Positions 10,834 through 19,289 of a stretch of DNA of 64,000 bases are shown here, one piece after another. Every line of letters starts with the position of its first letter. Positions within the stretch are counted from its first letter, which is position 1. Where the stretch lies: NCBI GenBank assembly GCA_041651115.1, contig JBAZJY010000003.1:73829-137828 (forward strand). The letters run 5' to 3'. The translations under genes and the position numbers were made by a program. The stretch comes from Candidatus Omnitrophota bacterium. Lineage in GTDB: Bacteria; Omnitrophota; Gorgyraeia; Gygaellales; Profunditerraquicolaceae. The notes beneath the pieces are model-generated. The model was not told the origin of the DNA. It searched no databases and saw nothing but the letters and a program-made list of their open reading frames with translations.

Positions 10834-11152
10834 TGACTATTTTAGGTAAAACTTTTTTTGCCTCTTTATCTTCAATAATGGCATAGGACAAAACGATCAC
10901 CTGATCGCCGACGCATACCCCGCGTGCTGACGGGCCATTAAGGCAGATTATGCCTGAACCGGCCTTACCTTCTATCGCGTATGTTTCAAGCCGGTGCCCG
11001 TTATTGAGGTTAAGCACTTCCACTTTTTCACCCGGCAAGATATCCGCTTTTTTCATCAGCTTCGCGTCAATGGTAATGCTGCCTTTATAATAGAGGTTGG
11101 CCTCAGTCACCCTGGCACGATGGATCTTTGATTTTAGCATAGTTCTTAACAT
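10802..11152 (-). CDS. panD: Aspartate 1-decarboxylase
   Basis: The [30 protein letters not shown]-terminus includes the Gly-Ser self-processing site. The start is taken at the conserved MLRTML rather than at the ORF-track Met at 11179, which would lie inside the palindromic element. Confidence 0.88.
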   Translation of the reverse strand: MLRTMLKSKIHRARVTEANLYYKGSITIDAKLMKKADILPGEKVEVLNLNNGHRLETYAIEGKAGSGIICLNGPSARGVCVGDQVIVLSYAIIEDKEAKKVLPKIVNVDERNRIKN

Positions 11153-11163
11153 ATTTACTCCTT

Positions 11164-11239
11164 TAGGGACGGTTCTCAAGCCAAGGGAAAAGTGTCCCCA
11201 TGCGGGGACATTTTTCTCCTTGGTTGAGAACCGTCCCTA
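11164..11239. mobile_element. MITE/REP-like palindromic element, family A copy 1: TA-flanked, 16-nt terminal inverted repeats TAGGGACGGTTCTCAA
   Basis: 76-nt near-perfect hairpin: tagggacggttctcaa-gccaagggaaaa-gtgtcccc-atgc-ggggacat-ttttctccttgg-ttgagaaccgtcccta. A second copy with identical termini is at 45771. It sits in the ackA 3' end / panD RBS junction. Confidence 0.7.
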
Positions 11240-12291
11240 ATCGTTATTAAATGTACTGCCTTACGCGCGATCATTAATTCTTCGTTTGTCGGGACAACCA
11301 GCACCTTGGGTTTTTTCCTTAAATGCGAAAATGCCCCGCTTGATACGCGGTCGCGGATGCTCTTCTGATTCTCTCCGATACCGGCGGTAAATATCAGCGC
11401 GTCGCATCCTGCCATTACCGCGGTATAGGCGCCGATATATTTCTTGATCCGGTAGACAAAGATCTCCAATGCCAGCTTTGCCCGCTTATTCCCCGCTTTG
11501 GAAGCAGCCTCCAGCATACGCATATCATTGCTGATGCCGGAAACGCCCTTAAGCCCGCTCTCTTTATTCAAAATGCCGTCTATCCGGGAAGCGGTCAATT
11601 TAGCTTTATTCATAATATGGGTTACCAGCGCAGGGTCAAGATCTCCGCAGCGCGTACCCATTAAAAGCCCTTCCAGCGGAGTAAAACCCATGCTGGTATC
11701 AATTGATTTACCTTTATCCACTGCCGTAATGCTGCAGCCATTGCCCAAATGACAGGTGATCATCTTTAAACCGGCAAGAGGCTTATGTAAAATTTTTGCC
11801 GCCTCATGCGCAACGTATTCATGGCTGGTGCCGTGAAAGCCGTATTTCCTTATCCCGAATTTACGGTAATACGCATAAGGCAAGCCGTAAATATAAGCGT
11901 ACTCCGGAAGGGTCTGGTGAAAGGCAGTATCAAATACCGCCACCTGTGTTACTCCGGGCAATAATTTTTTACAGGCAAGGATGCCGGTAAGATTTGCCGG
12001 ATTGTGTAATGGCGCAAGGCTCGAACATTGCTTGATCTTATTGATCACTGCCGCATTGATCACTACCGGCCGGCGGAATTTTTCCGCGCCGTGCACTACG
12101 CGGTGGCCGATCAGATGGACGCCGTCAACTTTTTCTAAAATTATTTCCAAGCCCCTATGATGGTCTTTTATTTCCGAGCCTTTTTCTCCGATATGCTCAA
12201 CAAGGCCTTTTGATATAAGCCTGCCCCTGGGCATATCAAAAAGCTTGTATTTTATTGAAGAACTGCCGCAGTTAATAACAAGTACTTTCAT
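11176..12291 (-). CDS. ackA: Acetate kinase, with a C-terminal tail encoded by a palindromic repeat insertion
   Basis: [16 protein letters not shown]-terminus and the later FHGTSH and GNGCS ... EELMIAR motifs. The start ATG overlaps the pta stop (TAATG). The last ~21 codons are read from repeat element A1. Confidence 0.85.
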   Translation of the reverse strand: MKVLVINCGSSSIKYKLFDMPRGRLISKGLVEHIGEKGSEIKDHHRGLEIILEKVDGVHLIGHRVVHGAEKFRRPVVINAAVINKIKQCSSLAPLHNPANLTGILACKKLLPGVTQVAVFDTAFHQTLPEYAYIYGLPYAYYRKFGIRKYGFHGTSHEYVAHEAAKILHKPLAGLKMITCHLGNGCSITAVDKGKSIDTSMGFTPLEGLLMGTRCGDLDPALVTHIMNKAKLTASRIDGILNKESGLKGVSGISNDMRMLEAASKAGNKRAKLALEIFVYRIKKYIGAYTAVMAGCDALIFTAGIGENQKSIRDRVSSGAFSHLRKKPKVLVVPTNEELMIARKAVHLITIRDGSQPRRKMSPHGDTFPLA

Positions 12292-13220
12292 TACTGAGCC
12301 CTGATCGCGGTTACTGCCACACAATCAACCACATCATCAACAGAACAGCCGCGCGAAAGGTCGCTGCACGGCTTATTTAACCCTAAAAGCAGCGGGCCTA
12401 AGGCGCGCGCGTTAGCCAGGCGCTGCACCAGCTTGTAGCCGATATTGCCGGCTTCCAGGTCCGGGAAAACCAATACGTTTGCCTGGCCGGCGATAGGGCT
12501 ATCGGGATATTTTATCTGCGCTACCTCCGGCACGATCGCCGCGTCAACCTGCAGCTCTCCGTCAACCAAAAGTTCCGGGGACATTGTTTTTACTGTCTTC
12601 AGGGCCTCGGTAATCGTATCAATATTTTTTCCCTTTGCCGAACCTTTTGTGGAATAACTTAAAAATGCCACCTTCGGCTTGATGTCTAAAACTTTTTCCG
12701 CCAACTCTGCCGAAGCAACGGCAATACAGGCAAGCTGCCGGGAATTCGGGTCCGGGATAATGCCGCAATCGGCAAAAACGAAGTTCCCTTTTTCGCCGTA
12801 CGGACAGTCCGGCACGGCCATGATAAAACAACTGCAGACAATACTGATGCGCTGGTCGATCTCCAGACAATGGATTGCCGCTCTTGCCACGTCCGGAGTG
12901 GTATGGCTTGCTCCGGCGACAAAACCGTCGGCTTTGCCTTCGCGGGTCATCATTGCCGCGTAATAAAGCGTATCATCAAACATCTTCCTTGCTTCATCCG
13001 GGGTAATGCCTTTGGCTTTACGCAGGTTGTAATATTGCTCAATATACTTTTCTTTAGCCTGCGGATCCATCATCTCTTTAGTCAACAGAATGACGTTCGC
13101 AATGCCTTCCCGCTCAATGATTTTTGCCGCTTCCGCTACGCGGCTATCGTGATATTCCGGCAGGATGATCGTCTTCCTTTTTGCTCCTGCGCGCTGGCGT
13201 ATTAATCCGATAGTATCCAT
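12291..13220 (-). CDS. pta: Phosphate acetyltransferase (short-form Pta/Ptb)
   Basis: 309 aa. The ILPEYHDSRVAEAA and C-terminal SRGCSVDDVVDCVAVTAI motifs match short phosphotransacetylases. It sits immediately upstream of ackA. Confidence 0.85.
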   Translation of the reverse strand: MDTIGLIRQRAGAKRKTIILPEYHDSRVAEAAKIIEREGIANVILLTKEMMDPQAKEKYIEQYYNLRKAKGITPDEARKMFDDTLYYAAMMTREGKADGFVAGASHTTPDVARAAIHCLEIDQRISIVCSCFIMAVPDCPYGEKGNFVFADCGIIPDPNSRQLACIAVASAELAEKVLDIKPKVAFLSYSTKGSAKGKNIDTITEALKTVKTMSPELLVDGELQVDAAIVPEVAQIKYPDSPIAGQANVLVFPDLEAGNIGYKLVQRLANARALGPLLLGLNKPCSDLSRGCSVDDVVDCVAVTAIRAQ

Positions 13221-13222
13221 TT

Positions 13223-14311
13223 TTACATCCCTTTCAATATCTTATCCATATCTACGTTATTCCTGACCAATCTAACGGCAGTCTTGATCTTTTCGCTGTC
13301 TTGCGGCGTGATCTTTACCGTCAGGTCGTGCACGGAAGAAGCAACATCGTAAGTGTCAGATTTGGCAAGCATGACCGGAACAGCGGCGTTCTTTAAAGAC
13401 TCCATTGTCTGTGACTCAAGGGTAATACCGCCGGTAAGAATGACTCCGGCAATTTTAAGTTTCTTTTTCGCGCTGTCACGGAAACAATCCAGAGCAGCGG
13501 TGATGATATCGTCGCGGTCCCCGGGAGTAATAAGCAGGCTGTCGTCTACGATATATTTTACCGCATCCTGGGGCTTCATTGCCCCGACAATGACTCTGGC
13601 GACGTAATTAGCAAGGTACTCCCTGCCGCAGAGCAGCTCAAAACTGGTCTCATCCAGCACTTGTTTTATCGTCGGCCAGGCCAGCGAAGGATCGTAGGGA
13701 ATAATACCCAGGACCGGAACACCTTTTCTCTCCAGCCCCTTCCTTACCAGTTGGCTGATCCTGTCAAATTTTGCAGGAAGGACCTTGTTGACAATAACGC
13801 CGAGGACCTTGACCCCTTCTTTTTCAAAAAGCGCCTTGTTCAGCACTATCTCATCAATCGGCCTGCCAATGCCGCCGGAAGAGATGATAATTACTTTTGA
13901 GCCCAAGAGCCTGGCGACCGTGGCGTTTGAATGGTCAAATACCGAGCCCACTCCGGCATGGCCCGTGCCTTCAATAATTACCAGGTCATTGCCCTGGGAA
14001 ACGCGCTTAAACGACTTCTTTATTTGTTCGGTGATCGATTTCTTATCGGGCCGGCTGATGTATTTTTCCGTAAAACCCTTTTCTACCGCGATCGGGCTCA
14101 TATCTTTAAGCCCGCATTTTATCTTGCAAACTTCTTCAATAAGGTAGGAATCTTCGTCGAACTTTACGCCTTCTTCCTCAAGGTAGCGCTGGCCGATCGG
14201 CTTGATAAACCCGACCTTTTTAAACCGGCTTTGAAAATTACAGACCAAACCCAGCGATGCTGTGGTTTTACCGTCATTCTGCTTGGTGGCAGCGATAAAT
14301 ATGCGCTTCAT
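13223..14311 (-). CDS. Pta N-terminal-like regulatory protein (BioD/CobQ-like P-loop plus DRTGG domain), encoded separately
   Basis: 362 aa. The N-terminal IFIAATKQNDGKTTASLGL P-loop, a central segment and a C-terminal DRTGG-type region resemble the N-terminal half of long E. coli-type Pta. It is directly adjacent to the short pta. Confidence 0.55.
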   Translation of the reverse strand: MKRIFIAATKQNDGKTTASLGLVCNFQSRFKKVGFIKPIGQRYLEEEGVKFDEDSYLIEEVCKIKCGLKDMSPIAVEKGFTEKYISRPDKKSITEQIKKSFKRVSQGNDLVIIEGTGHAGVGSVFDHSNATVARLLGSKVIIISSGGIGRPIDEIVLNKALFEKEGVKVLGVIVNKVLPAKFDRISQLVRKGLERKGVPVLGIIPYDPSLAWPTIKQVLDETSFELLCGREYLANYVARVIVGAMKPQDAVKYIVDDSLLITPGDRDDIITAALDCFRDSAKKKLKIAGVILTGGITLESQTMESLKNAAVPVMLAKSDTYDVASSVHDLTVKITPQDSEKIKTAVRLVRNNVDMDKILKGM

Positions 14312-14316
14312 CCAGC

Positions 14317-14637
14317 TTAAAGGTTTTCCTGGATCTTCTTTTTCAATTCCGGCTTGCTTAAGGCTCCGACGGACTGGTCCATGACTTTGCCGGCCTTAAA
14401 GAACATCAGCGTCGGTATGGACATGATGCCGTATTGCGTGGCAACGGCCGGGCTTTCGTCAACATTGACCTGGGCAACTTTAAGTTTTCCTTCGAATTCC
14501 CTGGCTGACTCTTCCACCAGCGGCCCGATCATTTTGCATGGCCCGCACCACGGCGCCCAGAAATCAACCAAAACAGGCAAATCCGATTCCAAGACTTCTT
14601 TCTTGAAACTATCATCAGTTAAATGCACTAGAGCCAT
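14317..14637 (-). CDS. trxA: Thioredoxin
   Basis: 106 aa with the WCGPC active site. Confidence 0.95.
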   Translation of the reverse strand: MALVHLTDDSFKKEVLESDLPVLVDFWAPWCGPCKMIGPLVEESAREFEGKLKVAQVNVDESPAVATQYGIMSIPTLMFFKAGKVMDQSVGALSKPELKKKIQENL

Positions 14638-14731
14638 ATTGACCTTCTTTTTTAAAAAGGGTTAATAAACATCGGTAGGATAGGTTATTACATTATCATA
14701 AAAGAGGCGGATTTGCAATACCCTTTTTACT

Positions 14732-16174
14732 TCAACTCCGGGTCAAAAGAAGCCCGCGGAATTGCCTGAGCGTCCTCTTTGGCTCAACTCTCAACCTGCA
14801 GATAAAGTCGCGGACTCTCCGGAGAAAATAAAGCGGGACCAGCCCCCTCCTGAACCTGGCGCAAGCTGCTTTAAGCTCCTCCCTTGTAAAACCCTCCGGG
14901 AGAAAACTTGGAATGCAAGGATGCGCGAAAAATGACGGGCTTGTTACCTCGGGCGTATATATATATTCCTGCCAGTTCTTTACCGGCTGCAGCTGTTCAA
15001 GCTTTGTGCCGGGATAAACCCAGGCAATGCCAACGCCTGATTCGCTGGCTTTAAGCTCCCGGACAAACTTGCGGGTTATTCTAATTGTCTCCCTTGTCTC
15101 TCCGGGATGGCCGATCATGAAAAAGGCATACGCGTCCATTTTGGCAGCCCGGATAATCGCTACTGCCTTGCGTGCCTGTTCCAGGCTGATGCGCTTATTT
15201 ATATTCTTGAGGATCTCCGGCGAGCCGCTTTCAATGCCCAAATATACCATTGCGCAGCCTGCTGACCTTAAGGCATGCGCTATCTCTTCGTCTATCTGGT
15301 CCACACGCGACTGGCACATCCACCTGTGCTTATGCAATCCTGCTGCCTTTAACAAAGCGCAAAAACGCAAAGTCCTTTGCCTGTCCCCGGTAAAATCATC
15401 GTCCATAAAAGTGAACGAAGCGGCTTTGGGGTAATTGGCAAATATCCATTTGATCTCGGCAATGATATTTTCCGGGCTCCGCGGCCTCCATTTACCAAAA
15501 AAATGCGCGGAAGCGCAGAATACACAGCGGTTGGTACAGCCGCGCGAAGAGACTATGCTCACGTTTTTTTCTAATATCCCGAAATACTGGACATAGCGGC
15601 TAAAATCTACCAGCTCCCTTGCGGGAAAAGGCAGGCTGTCCAGATCTTCTATCAGCGGACGGCCCGGGGTTTTTATGATCCTCTTATTGCCGTCGCGGTA
15701 AGCAATTCCTTTTATGTCTTCTGTTGATTCATGCTTTTTAATTTTTTCGCAGAGCTCAAGAAAAGTATATTCTCCCTCTCCGACCACGGCATAATCTATA
15801 AAATCCAGGCTTAACAAGCCTGCATAATCGTAAGTGGCATGCGGGCCGCCGAATATCACCTTGGTCTGTTTATCGTGCTGTTTTATTTTTGCCGCCAGCT
15901 CCAATGCGCTTTTTAAGAGATGGGTCAGGCAGGAAATACCGACCACATCGGGGTTAAAACGTTTTATTTCCGCGATAAGGCCGTCCATAGAAAGACGCCA
16001 GTCAAAAAGCGAGCTGTCCAGGATAGAAACAGTAAAGCCGTTCTGCTTGAGAACGGCTGCAATGTAACCTAACCCAATGGGAAAACCCCAGTCTAAAAGC
16101 GGCGGTTTTTTCGGGGATGATTTAAACGGCTCAACAAAGCTGACATCAGGAGGCAGGACCAGCATTACGCGCAT
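14732..16174 (-). CDS. B12-binding-domain radical SAM enzyme (class B)
   Basis: 480 aa. N-terminal cobalamin-binding Rossmann-like region, then a CxxxCxxC radical SAM motif (GCTNRCVFCAS). Confidence 0.8.
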   Translation of the reverse strand: MRVMLVLPPDVSFVEPFKSSPKKPPLLDWGFPIGLGYIAAVLKQNGFTVSILDSSLFDWRLSMDGLIAEIKRFNPDVVGISCLTHLLKSALELAAKIKQHDKQTKVIFGGPHATYDYAGLLSLDFIDYAVVGEGEYTFLELCEKIKKHESTEDIKGIAYRDGNKRIIKTPGRPLIEDLDSLPFPARELVDFSRYVQYFGILEKNVSIVSSRGCTNRCVFCASAHFFGKWRPRSPENIIAEIKWIFANYPKAASFTFMDDDFTGDRQRTLRFCALLKAAGLHKHRWMCQSRVDQIDEEIAHALRSAGCAMVYLGIESGSPEILKNINKRISLEQARKAVAIIRAAKMDAYAFFMIGHPGETRETIRITRKFVRELKASESGVGIAWVYPGTKLEQLQPVKNWQEYIYTPEVTSPSFFAHPCIPSFLPEGFTREELKAACARFRRGLVPLYFLRRVRDFICRLRVEPKRTLRQFRGLLLTRS

Positions 16175-16190
16175 TTACCGCGCTCCGGGA

Positions 16191-16682
16191 TCAATAAGAA
16201 CTTGCAGGCGGCGCAAGCTGAGGATACCCCGGCGTTGGCGTCAGCTCTTCCGGCGGAGAATTACGGTCGGAAAAGCTCCCGCCTTTATATTCTTTATATT
16301 TCAGGTCGGGCTTGTCTTCCTGCTTGAGCGTGTAATACACAAAGAGATCAGTAGAGGCGTCAAAATTGGGGAAACGCGGGACAAACAGCTTAAGAATACC
16401 GTCAACGGATTTCTTGAGATTTTCATCTGTCGCCTGTGCCGCTTGGCCGTTGGCATAAACCACGACTTTTCTCATCTTCCTATCGTATTGTATTTTGTCT
16501 AAGGTAAACGGATCGGTCGGGGTTGTGGTACCGCGATAAGCAGCAGTCCAGTTCAAGATAACCCATTCAATTTGTGAAATATCATATGGATAGGTATAGC
16601 CTTTAAGTTTTGCCTGGGCAGGGAAAGCAGAAAATAGAAATAACAAAATAAAAAGTGCGGAAATTTTTAAACCGGTCTTCAT
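16191..16682 (-). CDS. Secreted hypothetical protein
   Basis: 163 aa with an N-terminal signal peptide (LFILLFLFSAFPAQA). There is an AAGGAGG RBS before the ATG and a sigma-70-like promoter 15 nt upstream. Confidence 0.4.
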   Translation of the reverse strand: MKTGLKISALFILLFLFSAFPAQAKLKGYTYPYDISQIEWVILNWTAAYRGTTTPTDPFTLDKIQYDRKMRKVVVYANGQAAQATDENLKKSVDGILKLFVPRFPNFDASTDLFVYYTLKQEDKPDLKYKEYKGGSFSDRNSPPEELTPTPGYPQLAPPASSY

Positions 16683-16704
16683 CGCGCCTCCTTATGTTCC
16701 TTTA

Positions 16705-16733
16705 TTCTACTGCCGGATTAAAAATAGGTCAAC
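16705..16733 (-). promoter_or_regulatory. Sigma-70-like promoter TTGACC-N17-TAGAAT, copy 1, upstream of the secreted-protein gene
   Basis: The minus-strand sequence reads ctgTTGACCtatttttaatccggcagTAGAATaaag. The ATG at 16682 follows about 22 nt later with an AAGGAGG RBS. Confidence 0.5.
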
Positions 16734-16797
16734 AGAAATGATTTTACTTCAGGCCGTTGTTCAGATGAGAACATTTTGGGCGCAAGATAATTTACTC

Positions 16798-17280
16798 TTA
16801 ATAGTCAAATTGATTAGACGGATAACCAAAACAGGCAGAACCGTTGTCTTCATAATAACAGTTCCAAATAGACCGCTGTGATTGTGGATAATACTCTAAC
16901 CAGAAGACATACTCCCTTGAGACATCCGGGGCTTTCCCGTCACTAGTGCATCTGCGCGCTACAAGGCAAAATCTTCCATCGGGGTCGTTAGTAGTACACT
17001 CCAAGGAATACCGATAGAAACTACTTGGGCCGCATGAGGTTAAATCTTCTCCCAGATCATCAATGGTTACAGTTTCCGCAGTACCATGTTCCATATAATA
17101 TGCGCAAATATGCTGGCGCATAGCGCCTAGGTGCATTATAGCTTCCGCAAGGCGGGAATTTTCTATTACTCTGCTGTATTGAAAAACACCCAAGGTAGCA
17201 AGGATGCCTAAGACCACTATTACAATAATTAGCTCAAGCAGAGTAAAAGACCTACGGGAAGATTTTGAAGTTAGGCTCAT
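16798..17280 (-). CDS. Prepilin-type N-terminal cleavage/methylation-domain protein (type IV pilin or pseudopilin)
   Basis: The N-terminal RRSFTLLELIIVIVVLGILATL is the classic class III signal peptide (G/FTLxE). The body is Cys-rich and about 160 aa. Confidence 0.75.
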   Translation of the reverse strand: MSLTSKSSRRSFTLLELIIVIVVLGILATLGVFQYSRVIENSRLAEAIMHLGAMRQHICAYYMEHGTAETVTIDDLGEDLTSCGPSSFYRYSLECTTNDPDGRFCLVARRCTSDGKAPDVSREYVFWLEYYPQSQRSIWNCYYEDNGSACFGYPSNQFDY

Positions 17281-17397
17281 CTTTTGCCATTTATGAATTT
17301 ATTTTATAACTTCATAAATCATATCAACTTGTGTAAAGCGTCTTAAACCTTACTTGCACAGAAAGTACACACAACCTATCTTTTTAGGTTTAGCTAT

Positions 17398-17426
17398 ATT
17401 CTACTGCCGGTTTAAAAATAGGTCAA
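17398..17426 (-). promoter_or_regulatory. Sigma-70-like promoter TTGACC-N17-TAGAAT, copy 2, upstream of the pilin gene
   Basis: The 32-nt block (attctactgccggNttaaaaataggtcaaNag) is near-identical to the one at 16704-16735. It lies about 118 nt upstream of the pilin ATG and overlaps the stop of the BNR gene. Confidence 0.45.
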
Positions 17427-18955
17427 GAGCTATTGCGGGAAAAATACCCGCCGGTAAGGCCGTCAAGCATTGCCGTCAGCTCGCGCAAGCGCAGTTCCTT
17501 TTCAAACCTCTTCTTCCTGTCTTCGATCGCCAGATTATCCAGTTCGGCCTTGACGCGGATGCGCTCAAAATACAGCTTTGTTACTTCATCAAGTATGTCG
17601 CCGCGCAGCTGCACCATCAGCCTGGAGCGCGTATCAATTGATGTCTGCTCACTATTCCAGACGATCTCACTCAAATCCCAACTTAATGATACATCCCAGC
17701 CGATACTATCCCTGCCCCGCATTAATACATCATCGCAGGTTTTTGTGCTGGAGCCCGATTCCCAATGCCAGAGATCGCCGGTGTCTCTGTCGATACCTAC
17801 GGTAAATCTAGGCATGAATGCTTTTTTGGCAGCCTGCCTTCTCCAACGGATGATCTTTTCCGGTTCAACTTCCGCGTATTTGATCGCGGCTTTCTGGACC
17901 TTATCAATCTCCGGTTCGCCGTTAAGATACAAAGCTTCTATTTTATTGCCGCTATTGTCTACGCAGGAACCAATACGGCCTTTAAACAAACCGCTGTTGC
18001 AGGCAGCATATATATTGCCCTGCCTGTCAGAATCAAGCCCGCGGATATCCTGCGCAATTAAGCCGACAGATACCTCAAACCACCGATCATCCTGCAAAAG
18101 AAATATGCCTTTCTTTACGCAGGCAAAGAGCCGGGAATCAATAGATATTAACAGCAGATTTATATATTTATCGAACAAACCGTAATCCGGCAACAATTCC
18201 CATGTATTTCCGCTGTCAATGCTTTCATAAGTCTTCCCTGCTGCAGCAAGATACAAATGCCCTGGTTTACGGTAATCAACGGCTAAAGAACATGTTTCGC
18301 TAACTTCATCTGCGGCTTCTTCAGCCGCTTCTTCCGGAGCCTCATTATCAATTCCGGCAGAAGGAACAAAAACTCTTTGCCAATTACCTGTGCCGGATTG
18401 CATCTTAAATACTCCCTGTGCGGAAGCAGCATAAATATTGCCTGCGTCAACGCTAATCGTGCATATCCGGCTGTTTGCTAAAATGCCGGCTTCTTTTTGC
18501 CAGCTGCGGCAGTTATCTTTACTGACAAATAATCCTGCTTTTGTCCCTAAATAGATACGATTATTAAACAGCGCAACAGAGCTACAATTACTTTCCAGAT
18601 AATCCCTGCCCTTAAATACCCTTTTCCAATTTGAGCCCTGATCACGGCTTAAATATAACCCATTCCCCGTAGCTGCCAGTAAAAGGTTGGTTCCGCTTAC
18701 CGCAACAAAAAAATTGACCTGCTGCCTTACGGTTAAAACATGTCTCCATTGTTTACCGGCATTCTCGGTTTTTATGATCCCGCCTGCTGAACCGGCTACG
18801 ATCACTGATGCGTTATCAGGATTCACCCAAACCGCGCTGAAGCGCAAGTTACCACCTCCGATATCCTGCCATTCTGCCTGTTGCGCTGCCAGGCTGTTTG
18901 CCACAGTCACGGCTATTAAAAACATGACCGTAAAAATAAGTTCACGTTTCTTCAT
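17423..18955 (-). CDS. Secreted BNR/Asp-box repeat protein with a C-terminal coiled-coil region
   Basis: 510 aa. Signal peptide, then several SxDxGxxW Asp-box motifs (SRDQGSNW, SKDNCRSW, SIDSGNTW). Confidence 0.5.
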   Translation of the reverse strand: MKKRELIFTVMFLIAVTVANSLAAQQAEWQDIGGGNLRFSAVWVNPDNASVIVAGSAGGIIKTENAGKQWRHVLTVRQQVNFFVAVSGTNLLLAATGNGLYLSRDQGSNWKRVFKGRDYLESNCSSVALFNNRIYLGTKAGLFVSKDNCRSWQKEAGILANSRICTISVDAGNIYAASAQGVFKMQSGTGNWQRVFVPSAGIDNEAPEEAAEEAADEVSETCSLAVDYRKPGHLYLAAAGKTYESIDSGNTWELLPDYGLFDKYINLLLISIDSRLFACVKKGIFLLQDDRWFEVSVGLIAQDIRGLDSDRQGNIYAACNSGLFKGRIGSCVDNSGNKIEALYLNGEPEIDKVQKAAIKYAEVEPEKIIRWRRQAAKKAFMPRFTVGIDRDTGDLWHWESGSSTKTCDDVLMRGRDSIGWDVSLSWDLSEIVWNSEQTSIDTRSRLMVQLRGDILDEVTKLYFERIRVKAELDNLAIEDRKKRFEKELRLRELTAMLDGLTGGYFSRNSS

Positions 18956-19046
18956 TTCTCCACCTCTCTACGTGGACCCCGCCTTTGGCGGGGTAAGTTC
19001 GGACATATGAGTTATGTCGCCCTGCTCCATAACTCATGTCCTCACT

Positions 19047-19076
19047 TAATAGACGAAAAAGGTGGCGAAATCTAAC
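19047..19076 (-). promoter_or_regulatory. Copy 2 of the TAATAGACGAA-N11-AATCTAAC motif, about 90 nt upstream of the BNR-repeat gene
   Basis: Same two conserved blocks and spacing as copy 1. It is located downstream of the CHAT gene. Confidence 0.35.
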
Positions 19077-19086
19077 TAAAAAATAT

Positions 19087-19137
19087 GGGGACGGTTCTAT
19101 TTTTCAACTAAAAATAGAACCGTCCCCGGTTTTTCAA
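19087..19137. repeat. Perfect 18-bp-stem hairpin related to the family A termini
   Basis: ggggacggttctattttt-caact-aaaaatagaaccgtcccc. It shares the GGGACGGTTCT core with family A. It lies in a 334-nt hairpin-rich intergenic region. Confidence 0.6.
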
Positions 19138-19289
19138 ATAAAAACGGCAAGGGGGAAATTGGAAAGTTTTTGCTTTTTGCCGGGCATTGCCTGCCCGCTG
19201 GTAGTTTCACCCCTCGCCGCACTCTTACTCTACAGCTAAAGCATAACACATTAACCGCTGATTTTCAAGGGGACGGAGAAAATATTTTT

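Noticed and set aside
10802-11179. ORF-track start of panD at 11179 ([15 protein letters not shown]...)
   Set aside because: The extra 9 codons lie inside palindromic element A1 and overlap the ackA stop. The conserved PanD N-terminus [13 protein letters not shown] begins at 11152, where an AAGGAG RBS is present.
17433-18185. 250-aa plus-strand ORF
   Set aside because: It is antisense to the well-supported BNR-repeat gene (17423-18955). Its Ser/Arg-rich low-complexity translation is typical of a spurious frame.
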